From IMG/VR virus record IMGVR_UViG_2706794696_000014: DNA of 47,784 bases; one strand, written 5' to 3'. This stretch comes from a virus. Taxonomy: Duplodnaviria > Heunggongvirae > Uroviricota > Caudoviricetes. The notes beneath the pieces are model-generated. The model worked only from the letters and a program-made list of their open reading frames with translations. It was not told the DNA's origin and searched no databases. A program made the position numbers and the translations under genes. Of the stretch, positions 39,218 to 47,784 are shown one piece after another (position 1 is the first letter of the stretch; every line of letters starts with the position of its first letter).

Positions 39218-39961
39218 ATGACACAGACAGAATCAGCGATTCTGGCGCACGCCCGGCGATGTGCGCCAGCGGAGTCGTGCGGCTTCGTGGTGAGAACACC
39301 GGAGGGGGAAAGATATTTTCCCTGCGTGAATATTTCCGGTGAGCCGGAGGAGTATTTCCGGATGGCTCCGGAGGACTGGCTGCAGGCAGAGATGCAGGGT
39401 GAGATTGTGGCGCTGGTCCACAGCCACCCCGGTGGTCTGCCCTGGCTGAGTGAGGCCGACCGGCGGCTGCAGGTGCAGAGTGATTTGTCGTGGTGGCTGG
39501 TCTGCCGCGGGGCGATTCACAAGTTCCGCTGTGTGCCGCATCTCACCGGGCGGCGCTTTGAGCACGGGGTGACGGACTGTTACACGCTGTTCCGGGACGC
39601 TTACCATCTGGCGGGAATTGAGATGCCAGATTTTCATCGTGAGGACGACTGGTGGCGTAATGGTCAGAATCTCTATCTGGATAATCTGGAGGCTACAGGG
39701 CTGTATCAGGTGCCGTTGTCAACGGCGCAGCCGGGCGATGTGCTGCTGTGCTGTTTTGGTTCATCGGTGCCGAATCATGCCGCCATTTACTGTGGTGACG
39801 GCGAGCTGCTGCACCATATTCCTGAACAACTGAGTAAACGAGAGAGGTACACCGACAAATGGCAGCGACGCACACACTCCCTCTGGCGTCACCGGGCATG
39901 GCACGCATCTGCCTTTACGGGGATTTGCAGCGATTTGGCCGCCGCATCGACCTTCGTGTGA
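39218..39961 (+). CDS. Tail tip assembly protein K-like (JAB/MPN plus NlpC/P60-type domains), ORF of 247 aa; true start may be the internal Met49
   Basis: HSHPGG metalloprotease-type motif and a Cys/His hydrolase region; the 3' end overlaps the I start by about 100 nt. Confidence 0.75.
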   Translation: MTQTESAILAHARRCAPAESCGFVVRTPEGERYFPCVNISGEPEEYFRMAPEDWLQAEMQGEIVALVHSHPGGLPWLSEADRRLQVQSDLSWWLVCRGAIHKFRCVPHLTGRRFEHGVTDCYTLFRDAYHLAGIEMPDFHREDDWWRNGQNLYLDNLEATGLYQVPLSTAQPGDVLLCCFGSSVPNHAAIYCGDGELLHHIPEQLSKRERYTDKWQRRTHSLWRHRAWHASAFTGICSDLAAASTFV

Positions 39962-40506
39962 AAACGGGGGCCGAAGCCATCCGGGCACTGGCCACACAGC
40001 TCCCGGCATTTCGTCAGAAACTGAGCGACGGCTGGTATCAGGTGCGCATTGCCGGGCGTGATGCAGGCGAAAATGAATTATCTGCCCGTCTTAATGAACC
40101 GCTGGCAAATGGTGCCGTGATCCACATCGTTCCGCGTCTGGCGGGTGCCAAAAGTGGCGGTGTGTTTCAGGCGGTGCTGGGTGCGGCGCTGATTGCGGTG
40201 GCATGGTGGAACCCTGTGGGCTGGCTGGGGGCCGCGGCTGTATCGGGTATGTATGCAGCAGGGGCCAGTATGATCCTGGGTGGTGTGGCGCAGATGCTGG
40301 CACCGAAAGCCAGGACGCCCACGGCAGCCAGTACAGATAACGGCAAACAGAACACGTATTTCTCGTCACTGGATAACATGGTTGCCCAGGGTAATGTTCT
40401 GCCTGTTCTGTACGGGGAAATGCGCGTGGGGTCACGTGTGGTTTCTCAGGAGATCAGCACGGCAGACGAAGGGGATGGTGGTCAGGTTGTGGTGATTGGT
40501 CGCTGA
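39859..40506 (+). CDS. Tail tip assembly protein I-like, 215 aa
   Basis: ORF MAATHTLPLASPGMARICLYGDLQRFGRRIDLRVKTGAEAIRAL ... GEMRVGSRVVSQEISTADEGDGGQVVVIGR, in the lambda I position. Confidence 0.85.
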   Translation: MAATHTLPLASPGMARICLYGDLQRFGRRIDLRVKTGAEAIRALATQLPAFRQKLSDGWYQVRIAGRDAGENELSARLNEPLANGAVIHIVPRLAGAKSGGVFQAVLGAALIAVAWWNPVGWLGAAAVSGMYAAGASMILGGVAQMLAPKARTPTAASTDNGKQNTYFSSLDNMVAQGNVLPVLYGEMRVGSRVVSQEISTADEGDGGQVVVIGR

Positions 40507-43500
40507 TGCAAAATGTTTTATGNNNNNNNNNNNNNNNNNNNNNNNNNNNNNNNNNNNNNNNNNNNNNNNNNNNNNNNNNNNNNNNNNNNNNNNNNNNNNN
40601 NNNNNNNNNNNNNNNNNNNNNNNNNNNNNNNNNNNNNNNNNNNNNNNNNNNNNNNNNNNNNNNNNNNNNNNNNNNNNNNNNNNNNNNNNNNNNNNNNNNN
40701 NNNNNNNNNNNNNNNNNNNNNNNNNNNNNNNNNNNNNNNNNNNNNNNNNNNNNNNNNNNNNNNNNNNNNNNNNNNNNNNNNNNNNNNNNNNNNNNNNNNN
40801 NNNNNNNNNNTGAGCAGGAGCAGTCACCGCCGGAGGGGTTTGAATCCTCCGGCTCCGAGACGGTGCTGGGTACGGAAGTGAAATATGACACGCCGATCAC
40901 CCGGACCATCACGTCGGCAAACATCGACCGTCTGCGCTTTACCTTCGGTGTACAGGCACTGGTGGAAACCACCTCAAAGGGAGACAGGAATCCGTCGGAA
41001 GTCCGCCTGCTGGTTCAGATACAGCGTAACGGTGGCTGGGTGACGGAAAAAGACATCACCATTAAGGGCAAAACCACCTCGCAGTATCTGGTCTCGGTGG
41101 TGGTGGATAACCTGCCTCCGCGCCCGTTCAGTATCCGGATGCGCAGGATGACACCGGACAGCACCACAGACCAGCTGCAGAACAAAACGCTCTGGTCGTC
41201 ATACACCGAAATCATCGATGTGAAACAGTGCTACCCGAACACTGCACTGGTCGGCGTACAGGTGGACTCGGAGCAGTTCGGCAGCCAGCAGGTGAGTCGT
41301 AATTATCATCTTCGCGGGCGCATTCTGCAGGTGCCGTCGAACTATAACCCGCAGACGCGACAATACAGCGGTATCTGGGACGGAACGTTAAAACCAGCAT
41401 ACAGCAACAACATGGCCTGGTGTCTGTGGGATATGCTGACCCACCCGCGCTACGGCATGGGGAAACGTCTTGGTGCGGCGGATGTGGACAAATGGGCGCT
41501 GTATGTCATCGGCCAGTACTGCGACCAGTCAGTGCCGGACGGCTTTGGCGGCACGGAGCCGCGCATCACCTGTAATGCGTACCTGACCACACAGCGCAAG
41601 GCGTGGGATGTGCTCAGTGATTTCTGCTCGGCGATGCGCTGTATGCCGGTATGGAACGGGCAGACGCTGACGTTCGTGCAGGACCGACCGTCGGATAAGG
41701 TGTGGACCTATAACCGCAGTAATGTGGTGATGCCGGATGATGGCGCGCCGTTCCGCTACAGCTTCAGCGCCCTGAAAGACCGCCATAATGCCGTTGAGGT
41801 GAACTGGATTGACCCGGATAACGGCTGGGAGACGGCGACAGAGCTTGTGGAGGATACGCAGGCCATTGCCCGTTACGGTCGTAACGTCACGAAGATGGAT
41901 GCTTTTGGCTGTACCAGCCGGGGGCAGGCACACCGCGCCGGGCTGTGGCTGATTAAAACAGAACTGCTGGAAACGCAGACCGTGGACTTCAGCGTGGGCG
42001 CAGAAGGGCTTCGCCATGTGCCGGGCGATGTCATTGAAATCTGTGATGATGACTATGCGGGTATCAGCATCGGCGGGCGCGTGCTGGCGGTAAACAGCCA
42101 GACCCGGACGCTGACGCTCGACCGTGAAATCACGCTGCCATCNNNNNNNNNNNNNNNNNNNNNNNNNNNNNNNNNNNNNNNNNNNNNNNNNNNNNNNNNN
42201 NNNNNNNNNNNNNNNNNNNNNNNNNNNNNNNNNNNNNNNNNNNNNNNNNNNNNNNNNNNNNNNNNNNNNNNNNNNNNNNNNNNNNNNNNNNNNNNNNNNN
42301 NNNNNNNNNNNNNNNNNNNNNNNNNNNNNNNNNNNNNNNNNNNNNNNNNNNNNNNNNNNNNNNNNNNNNNNNNNNNNNNNNNNNNNNNNNNNNNNNNNNN
42401 NNNNNNNNNNNNNNNNNNNNNNNNNNNNNNNNNNNNNNNNNNNNNNNNNNNNNNNNNNNNNNNGCCATCGTGGATAACGGGGCGCACTTTGACGGCGACC
42501 AGAGCGGCACGGTGAATGGTGTCACGCCGCCAGCGGTGCAGCACCTGACTGCCGAAGTCACCGCAGACAGCGGGGAATATCAGGTGCTGGCGCGCTGGGA
42601 CACGCCGAAGGTGGTGAAGGGGGTGAGCTTTATGCTTCGCCTGACCGTGGCAGCGGATGACGGCAGTGAGCGGCTGGTCAGCACGGCCCGGACGACGGAA
42701 ACCACATACCGCTTCACGCAACTGGCGCTGGGACGGTACACGCTGACAGTCCGGGCGGTAAATGCCTGGGGACAGCAGGGCGATCCGGCGTCGGTATCGT
42801 TCAGGATTGCCGCACCGGTAGCACCGTCGCGGATTGAGCTGACGCCGGGCTATTTTCAGATAACTGCCACGCCGCATCTTGCGGTTTATGATCCGACGGT
42901 ACAGTTTGAGTTCTGGTTCTCGGAAACGCGGATTACCGATATCAGGCAGGTTGAAACCACAGCCCGCTACCTTGGCGCGGGGCTGTACTGGATAGCCGCC
43001 AGTATCAATATCAAACCGGGCCATGATTATTACTTTTATATCCGCAGTGTGAACACCGTTGGCAAATCGGCATTCGTGGAGGCCGTCGGTCGGGCGAGCG
43101 ATGATGCGGAAGGTTACCTGGATTTTTTCAAAGGCAAGATAACCGAATCCCATCTCGGTAAAGAGCTGCTGGAAAAAGTTGATCTGACGGAGGATAACGC
43201 CAGCAGACTGGATGAGTTTTCGAAAGAGTGGAAGGACGCTAACGATAAATGGAATGCGATGTGGGGCGTCAAAATTGAGCAGACCAAAGACGGCAAACAT
43301 TATGTCGCGGGTATTGGCCTCAGCATGGAGGACACGGAGGAAGGCAAGCTGAGCCAGTTTCTGGTTGCCGCCAATCGTATCGCGTTTATTGACCCGGCAA
43401 ACGGGAATGAAACGCCGATGTTTGTGGCGCAGGGCAACCAGATATTCATGAACGACGTGTTCCTGAAGCGCCTGACAGCCCCCGCCATTACCAGCGGTGG

Positions 43501-44089
43501 CAGTCCTCCGGTATTTTCCCTGACATCAGACGGAAAGCTGACCGCTAAAAATGCGGATATCAGTGGTAGTGTGAATGCGAACTCAGGAACGCTCAACAAT
43601 GTCACGATTAACCAGAACTGTACGATTAAGGGCATGCTGGAGGCGACCCAGGTCAGAGGGGATTTCGTTAAAGCTGTATCAAAAGCCTTCCCGAAAAAAG
43701 TCGGTACGTGGGGTAACACGGAAACACCAGACGGTACGGTTACAGTCACCATCAGCGATGATCATAACTTTGACCGCCAGATTATTATTCCGCCCATTAT
43801 TTTTAACGGTATAGCGTATGACGATCCGGGGAGCGGAAATAACCCAGGAGGCACGCGATACACGGGTTATGGTTTTGAAGTTCGCAAAAACGGCGTATTA
43901 ATCGCATCCAGAGAAACTAAAGGGGCCATTCCCGGTAGTTACAGTGCAGTTATTGATATGCCTAGTGGTGGTGGTAGCGTCACTCTGGAGTTTAAGATTT
44001 TCCAGAAAGGCAATCAGGGGGCAGGCAATATCACCGACTGTACGGTGATTGTGACCAAAAAAGCGGCTTCCGGCATCAGTATTCGTTGA
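40506..44089 (+). CDS. Central tail fiber / host specificity protein J-like, interrupted by two assembly gaps; true start lies inside the first gap
   Basis: Resolved segments ([31 protein letters not shown] ..., [28 protein letters not shown] ...) read as one lambda J-like protein; the frame differs across the second N-run, so gap lengths are estimates. Confidence 0.8.
40523..40810. other. Assembly gap (288 N) inside the 5' end of J
   Basis: Run of n in the sequence. Confidence 0.99.
42143..42463. other. Assembly gap (321 N) inside J
   Basis: Run of n; the J reading frame is not preserved across it, so the length is a placeholder. Confidence 0.99.
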
Positions 44090-44109
44090 AATATTTATAA
44101 CCCCAATAA

Positions 44110-44137
44110 ATGGCGTCAGGAATGACGCCTTTTTTAT
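44110..44137 (+). terminator. Rho-independent terminator after J
   Basis: GGCGTCA-ggaa-TGACGCC followed by TTTTTTATT. Confidence 0.7.
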
Positions 44138-44159
44138 TGCAGAAAAGCGAGAGGTAATT

Positions 44160-44759
44160 ATGCGTAAAGTTTGTGCCGCCATTTTGTCCGCAGCCATTTG
44201 TCTGGCCGTATCCGGTGCGCCTGCATGGGCGTCTGAACATCAGTCCACGCTGAGCGCGGGGTATCTTCATGCCCGGACCAACGTTCCCGGCAGTGATGAT
44301 CTGAACGGGATTAACGTGAAATACCGTTATGAGTTTACGGATACGCTGGGGCTGGTGACGTCATTCAGCTATGCAGGAGACAAGAATCGCCAGCTGACCC
44401 GTTACAGCGATACCCGCTGGCATGAAGATTCCGTTCGTAACCGCTGGTTCAGCGTAATGGCGGGGCCGTCTGTGCGCGTGAATGAATGGTTCAGCGCGTA
44501 TGCGATGGCGGGTGTGGCTTACAGCCGTGTGTCGACTTTCTCCGGGGATTATCTCCGCGTAACTGACAACAAGGGGAAAACGCACGACGTGCTGACCGGA
44601 AGTGATGACGGTCGCCACAGCAACACGTCTCTGGCGTGGGGAGCTGGCGTGCAGTTTAACCCGACCGAATCCGTGGCCATTGATATTGCTTATGAAGGCT
44701 CCGGCAGTGGCGACTGGCGCACTGACGGTTTCATCGTGGGTGTCGGTTATAAGTTCTGA
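44160..44759 (+). CDS. lomR: Lom-like outer membrane protein (Ail/Lom family beta-barrel), 199 aa
   Basis: Signal peptide (MRKVCAAILSAAICLAVSGAPAWA), alternating beta-strand pattern and C-terminal GYKF; located between J and stf as lambda lom is. Confidence 0.85.
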   Translation: MRKVCAAILSAAICLAVSGAPAWASEHQSTLSAGYLHARTNVPGSDDLNGINVKYRYEFTDTLGLVTSFSYAGDKNRQLTRYSDTRWHEDSVRNRWFSVMAGPSVRVNEWFSAYAMAGVAYSRVSTFSGDYLRVTDNKGKTHDVLTGSDDGRHSNTSLAWGAGVQFNPTESVAIDIAYEGSGSGDWRTDGFIVGVGYKF

Positions 44760-44784
44760 TTAGCCAGGTAACACAGTGTTATGA

Positions 44785-44814
44785 CAGCCCGCCGGTTCAG
44801 GCGGGCTTTTTTGT
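44785..44814 (+). terminator. Rho-independent terminator after lom
   Basis: AGCCCGCC-ggttca-GGCGGGCT followed by TTTTTTG. Confidence 0.7.
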
Positions 44815-44823
44815 GGGGTGAAT

Positions 44824-47784
44824 ATGGCAGTAAAGATTTCAGGTGTACTGAAAGACGGCACAGGAAAACCGGTACAGAACTGCACAATCCAGCTGAAAGC
44901 AAAACGTAACAGCACCACGGTGGTGGTGAACACGCTGGCCTCAGAAAATCCGGATGAAGCCGGGCGTTACAGCATGGACGTTGAGTACGGTCAGTACAGC
45001 GTTATTCTGTTGGTGGAAGGATTCCCGCCGTCACATGCCGGGACCATCACTGTGTATGAAGATTCCCGACCCGGTACGCTGAATGATTTTCTCGGTGCCA
45101 TGACGGAGGATGATGCCCGTCCGGAGGCTCTGCGCCGTTTTGAACTGATGGTGGAAGAGGTGGCGCGTAACGCGTCCGCGGTGGCACAGAACACGGCAGC
45201 CGCGAAGAAGTCAGCCAGTGATGCCGGCACATCTGCCCGTGAGGCGGCAACCCATGCGACTGATGCTGCAGGCTCAGCGCGTGCAGCCAGCACGTCAGCC
45301 GGACAGGCCGCGACTTCGGCTCAGGAGGCGTCTTCCAGCGCAGGAACGGCATCAACAAAGGCCACTGAAGCATCAAAAAGTGCTGCCGCTGCAGAGTCCT
45401 CAAAAAGCGCGGCGGCCACCAGTGCCGGTGCGGCGAAAACGTCAGAAACGAATGCTGCAGCGTCACAAAAATCAGCAGCCACTTCTGCATCCACTGCGAC
45501 AACGAAAGCGTCAGAAGCCGCCACTTCAGCCAGAGATGCGGCGGCCTCCAAAGAGGCGGCAAAATCATCAGAAACGAACGCCTCCACAAGCGCCAGCAGT
45601 GCAGCCTCCTCGGCAACGGCGGCAGGAAATTCCGTGAAGGCGGCAAAAACGTCCGAGACGAATGCTAAGTCTTCTGAAACGGCAGCGGAACAGAGCGCCT
45701 CAGCTGCGGCAGACTCTGAGACAGCAGCTGCATCATCGGCCCGTGAGGCGTCCATTAAGGCAGAGGAGGCAGCAGTCAGTGCCACCGCCGCCGGAAAATC
45801 GGCAGAAAGCGCCGCATCATCCGCTTCAACAGCCACAACGAAGGCTGGCGAAGCCACTGAACAGGCCAGCGCAGCAGCGAGGTCTGCTTCCGCAGCGAAG
45901 ACATCCGAAACGAACGCGAAAGCGTCGGAAACCAGCGCAGAATCCTCAAAAACGGCTGCCGCATCGTCCGCCAGTTCGGCGGCGTCATCGGCATCATCTG
46001 CGTCTGCTTCAAAAGATGAGGCGACCAGACAGGCGTCAGCAGCGAGGGGCAGCGCCACGACGGCATCCACGAAGGCGACAGAGGCTGCTGGCAGTGCGGC
46101 AGCGGCAGCACAGAGCAAAAGTACGGCGGAATCCGCGGCAACGCGCGCCGAGACAGCAGCAAAACGGGCAGAGGATATTGCATCCGCCGTGGCGCTTGAG
46201 GATGCGAGCACGACGAAAAAGGGGATAGTACAGCTCAGCAGTGCGACCAACAGCACTTCCGAGTCACAGGCGGCAACGCCAAAAGCCGTTAAGGCCGCGT
46301 ATGACCTGGCTAACGGGAAATACACCGCACAGGATGCAACGACAGCACAGAAAGGGATAGTTCAGCTCAGCAGTGCGACTAACAGCACTTCCGAGTCACA
46401 GGCGGCAACGCCAAAAGCCGTTAAGGCCGCGTATGACCTGGCTAACGGGAAATACACCGCACAGGACGCTACGACAGCACAAAAAGGAATTGTCCAGCTC
46501 AGTAGTGCAACCAACAGCACATCTGAAACGCTTGCTGCGACACCGAAAGCAGTGAAAGCAGCTAATGACAATGCGAATGGTCGGGTACCTTCTGCCCGTA
46601 AGGTGAATGGTAAGGCGCTTTCAGCGGATATAACACTGACGCCGAAAGATATTGGTACGCTTAACTCAACAACAATGTCATTCAGCGGTGGTGCTGGTTG
46701 GTTCAAATTAGCAACGGTAACCATGCCACAGGCGAGTTCTGTTGTTTCAATTACGTTGATTGGTGGCGCTGGATTTAACGTGGGGTCACCTCAACAGGCA
46801 GGTATATCTGAACTTGTTTTACGTGCAGGTAATGGTAATCCGAAGGGGATTACTGGTGCTTTATGGCAGCGCACATTGACAGGGTTTACAAATTTTGCCT
46901 GGGTTAATACATCTGGTGATACTTACGATATTTACGTTGCAATCGGAAATTATGCGACTGGTGTAAATATTCAATGGGATTATACCAGTAATGCCAGCGT
47001 GACGATTCATACGTCACCAGCATATTCTGCTAATAAGCCGGAAGGGTTAACGGACGGTACAGTTTATTCACTCTATACGCCATCAGAGCAGTTTTATCCG
47101 CCTGGCGCACCAATCCCGTGGCCATCAGATACCGTTCCGTCTGGCTATGCCCTGATGCAGGGGCAGGCTTTTGACAAATCTGCATACCCGAAACTTGCAG
47201 CGGCTTATCCGTCAGGCGTGATCCCTGATATGCGTGGCTGGACGATTAAGGGCAAACCTGCCAGTGGTCGGGCCGTATTGTCTCAGGAACAGGACGGCAT
47301 TAAATCGCATACCCACAGCGCCAGCGCATCCAGTACGGATTTGGGGACGAAAACCACATCGTCGTTTGATTACGGCACTAAATCCACGAATAACACTGGT
47401 GCGCATACCCATAGTTTAAGTGGCAGCACGAATGCAGCTGGTAATCACAGCCATAGAGATGGCCGTCGATTTAACCCCAGTGTTTTTAAAGATACTTATC
47501 AATATGGTTATACAAGCTCAGGTCAAAATACCTGGGGTGTACAAGGCTCAGTAGGTATGTCTACGGGGTGGTTAGCGAATACCAGTATAGATGGTAATCA
47601 TAGCCATTCACTGTCCGGCACAGCAGCATCTGCAGGTGCACACGCGCATACTGTCGGTATTGGTGCTCATACGCACTCCGTTGCGATTGGTTCACATGGA
47701 CATACCATCACCGTTAACGCTGCGGGTAACGCGGAAAACACCGTCAAAAACATCGCATTTAACTATATTGTGAGGCTTGCATAA
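44824..47784 (+). CDS. stfR: Side tail fiber protein (Stf-like), about 986 aa
   Basis: N-terminus [26 protein letters not shown]; long Ala/Ser/Thr-rich region; three tandem 44-aa repeats; His-rich C-terminus with repeated HxH motifs. Confidence 0.9.
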   Translation: MAVKISGVLKDGTGKPVQNCTIQLKAKRNSTTVVVNTLASENPDEAGRYSMDVEYGQYSVILLVEGFPPSHAGTITVYEDSRPGTLNDFLGAMTEDDARPEALRRFELMVEEVARNASAVAQNTAAAKKSASDAGTSAREAATHATDAAGSARAASTSAGQAATSAQEASSSAGTASTKATEASKSAAAAESSKSAAATSAGAAKTSETNAAASQKSAATSASTATTKASEAATSARDAAASKEAAKSSETNASTSASSAASSATAAGNSVKAAKTSETNAKSSETAAEQSASAAADSETAAASSAREASIKAEEAAVSATAAGKSAESAASSASTATTKAGEATEQASAAARSASAAKTSETNAKASETSAESSKTAAASSASSAASSASSASASKDEATRQASAARGSATTASTKATEAAGSAAAAAQSKSTAESAATRAETAAKRAEDIASAVALEDASTTKKGIVQLSSATNSTSESQAATPKAVKAAYDLANGKYTAQDATTAQKGIVQLSSATNSTSESQAATPKAVKAAYDLANGKYTAQDATTAQKGIVQLSSATNSTSETLAATPKAVKAANDNANGRVPSARKVNGKALSADITLTPKDIGTLNSTTMSFSGGAGWFKLATVTMPQASSVVSITLIGGAGFNVGSPQQAGISELVLRAGNGNPKGITGALWQRTLTGFTNFAWVNTSGDTYDIYVAIGNYATGVNIQWDYTSNASVTIHTSPAYSANKPEGLTDGTVYSLYTPSEQFYPPGAPIPWPSDTVPSGYALMQGQAFDKSAYPKLAAAYPSGVIPDMRGWTIKGKPASGRAVLSQEQDGIKSHTHSASASSTDLGTKTTSSFDYGTKSTNNTGAHTHSLSGSTNAAGNHSHRDGRRFNPSVFKDTYQYGYTSSGQNTWGVQGSVGMSTGWLANTSIDGNHSHSLSGTAASAGAHAHTVGIGAHTHSVAIGSHGHTITVNAAGNAENTVKNIAFNYIVRLA
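45130..46200 (+). repeat. Low-complexity Ala/Ser/Thr-rich imperfect repeat region within stf
   Basis: Recurrent degenerate units (KTSETNA..S.., AAS.SA..) at the DNA level (GC-rich GCN/TCN codons); these generate spurious long antisense ORFs. Confidence 0.6.
46222..46617 (+). repeat. Three tandem 132-bp (44-aa) repeats inside stf
   Basis: Units begin at 46222, 46354 and 46486 ([44 protein letters not shown]); copies 1 and 2 are nearly identical in DNA, copy 3 diverges in its second half. Confidence 0.85.

Larger units (their letters stand above)
1..47784. mobile_element. Rac-like lambdoid prophage (left arm from integrase to side tail fiber; attL and tfa/pin lie outside the window)
   Basis: Gene order int-xis-recET-kilR-sieB-repressor-cro-replication-Q-lysis-terminase-head-tail-J-lom-stf is the canonical lambdoid/Rac layout; several products match remembered Rac and lambda proteins. 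Confidence 0.85.

Noticed and set aside
38490-39299. 269-aa minus-strand ORF
   Set aside because: Antisense to the conserved tail genes L and K; an artefact of GC-rich coding sequence.
42053-43300. 415-aa minus-strand ORF and other N-containing ORFs
   Set aside because: Antisense to J and running through the N gap; the runs of X in the translation show it is an artefact.
45047-46724. Long Ala/Pro/Arg-rich ORFs on both strands inside stf (e.g. 45321..46325 minus, 45662..46228 plus)
   Set aside because: Produced by the GC-rich Ala/Ser/Thr low-complexity repeats of the tail fibre; the stf frame itself is continuous and in the expected position.
1-47784. CRISPR arrays, tRNA or rRNA genes, IS elements or transposases
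   Set aside because: No regularly spaced direct repeats with unique spacers, no tRNA-like cloverleaf candidates and no transposase-like ORFs were seen; the only tandem repeats are in-frame protein repeats within stf.

Overview
This window is almost entirely one intact Rac-like lambdoid prophage of an Escherichia-type host, running from the integrase at the left edge to the side tail fiber gene at the right edge. All calls come from reading the sequence and the ORF track against remembered protein families; no searches were run. Left to right: intR and a putative excisionase; an early-left block on the minus strand (ydaC, a RalR-like ORF cut short by an in-frame TGA, recT, recE, racC, ydaE, kilR, ydaF, ydaG); sieB; an immunity region (racR-like repressor divergent from a Cro-like ydaS); ydaT; replication genes ydaU and ydaV (DnaC-like); then a visibly AT-rich accessory insert at about 11.8-15.7 kb. 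That insert carries a tightly linked two-gene operon with no family I recognise (gene 1 has an R-x4-H HEPN-like motif, gene 2 a GNAT-like motif), which is my best candidate for an undescribed defence or toxin-antitoxin module. After it come nin-like genes and a Q-like antiterminator with a tR'-like terminator, two paralogous lipoproteins whose C-termini resemble TolA domain III, a pinholin / SAR-endolysin / Rz / embedded Rz1 lysis cassette, trkG, a full-length ParB-like gene plus an unknown partner, and a complete head and lambda-like tail module (terminase, portal, capsid, G/GT frameshift chaperone, tape measure, M, L, K, I, J, lom, stf). J is interrupted by two runs of N (assembly gaps). No tRNA, rRNA, CRISPR array or IS element was seen.
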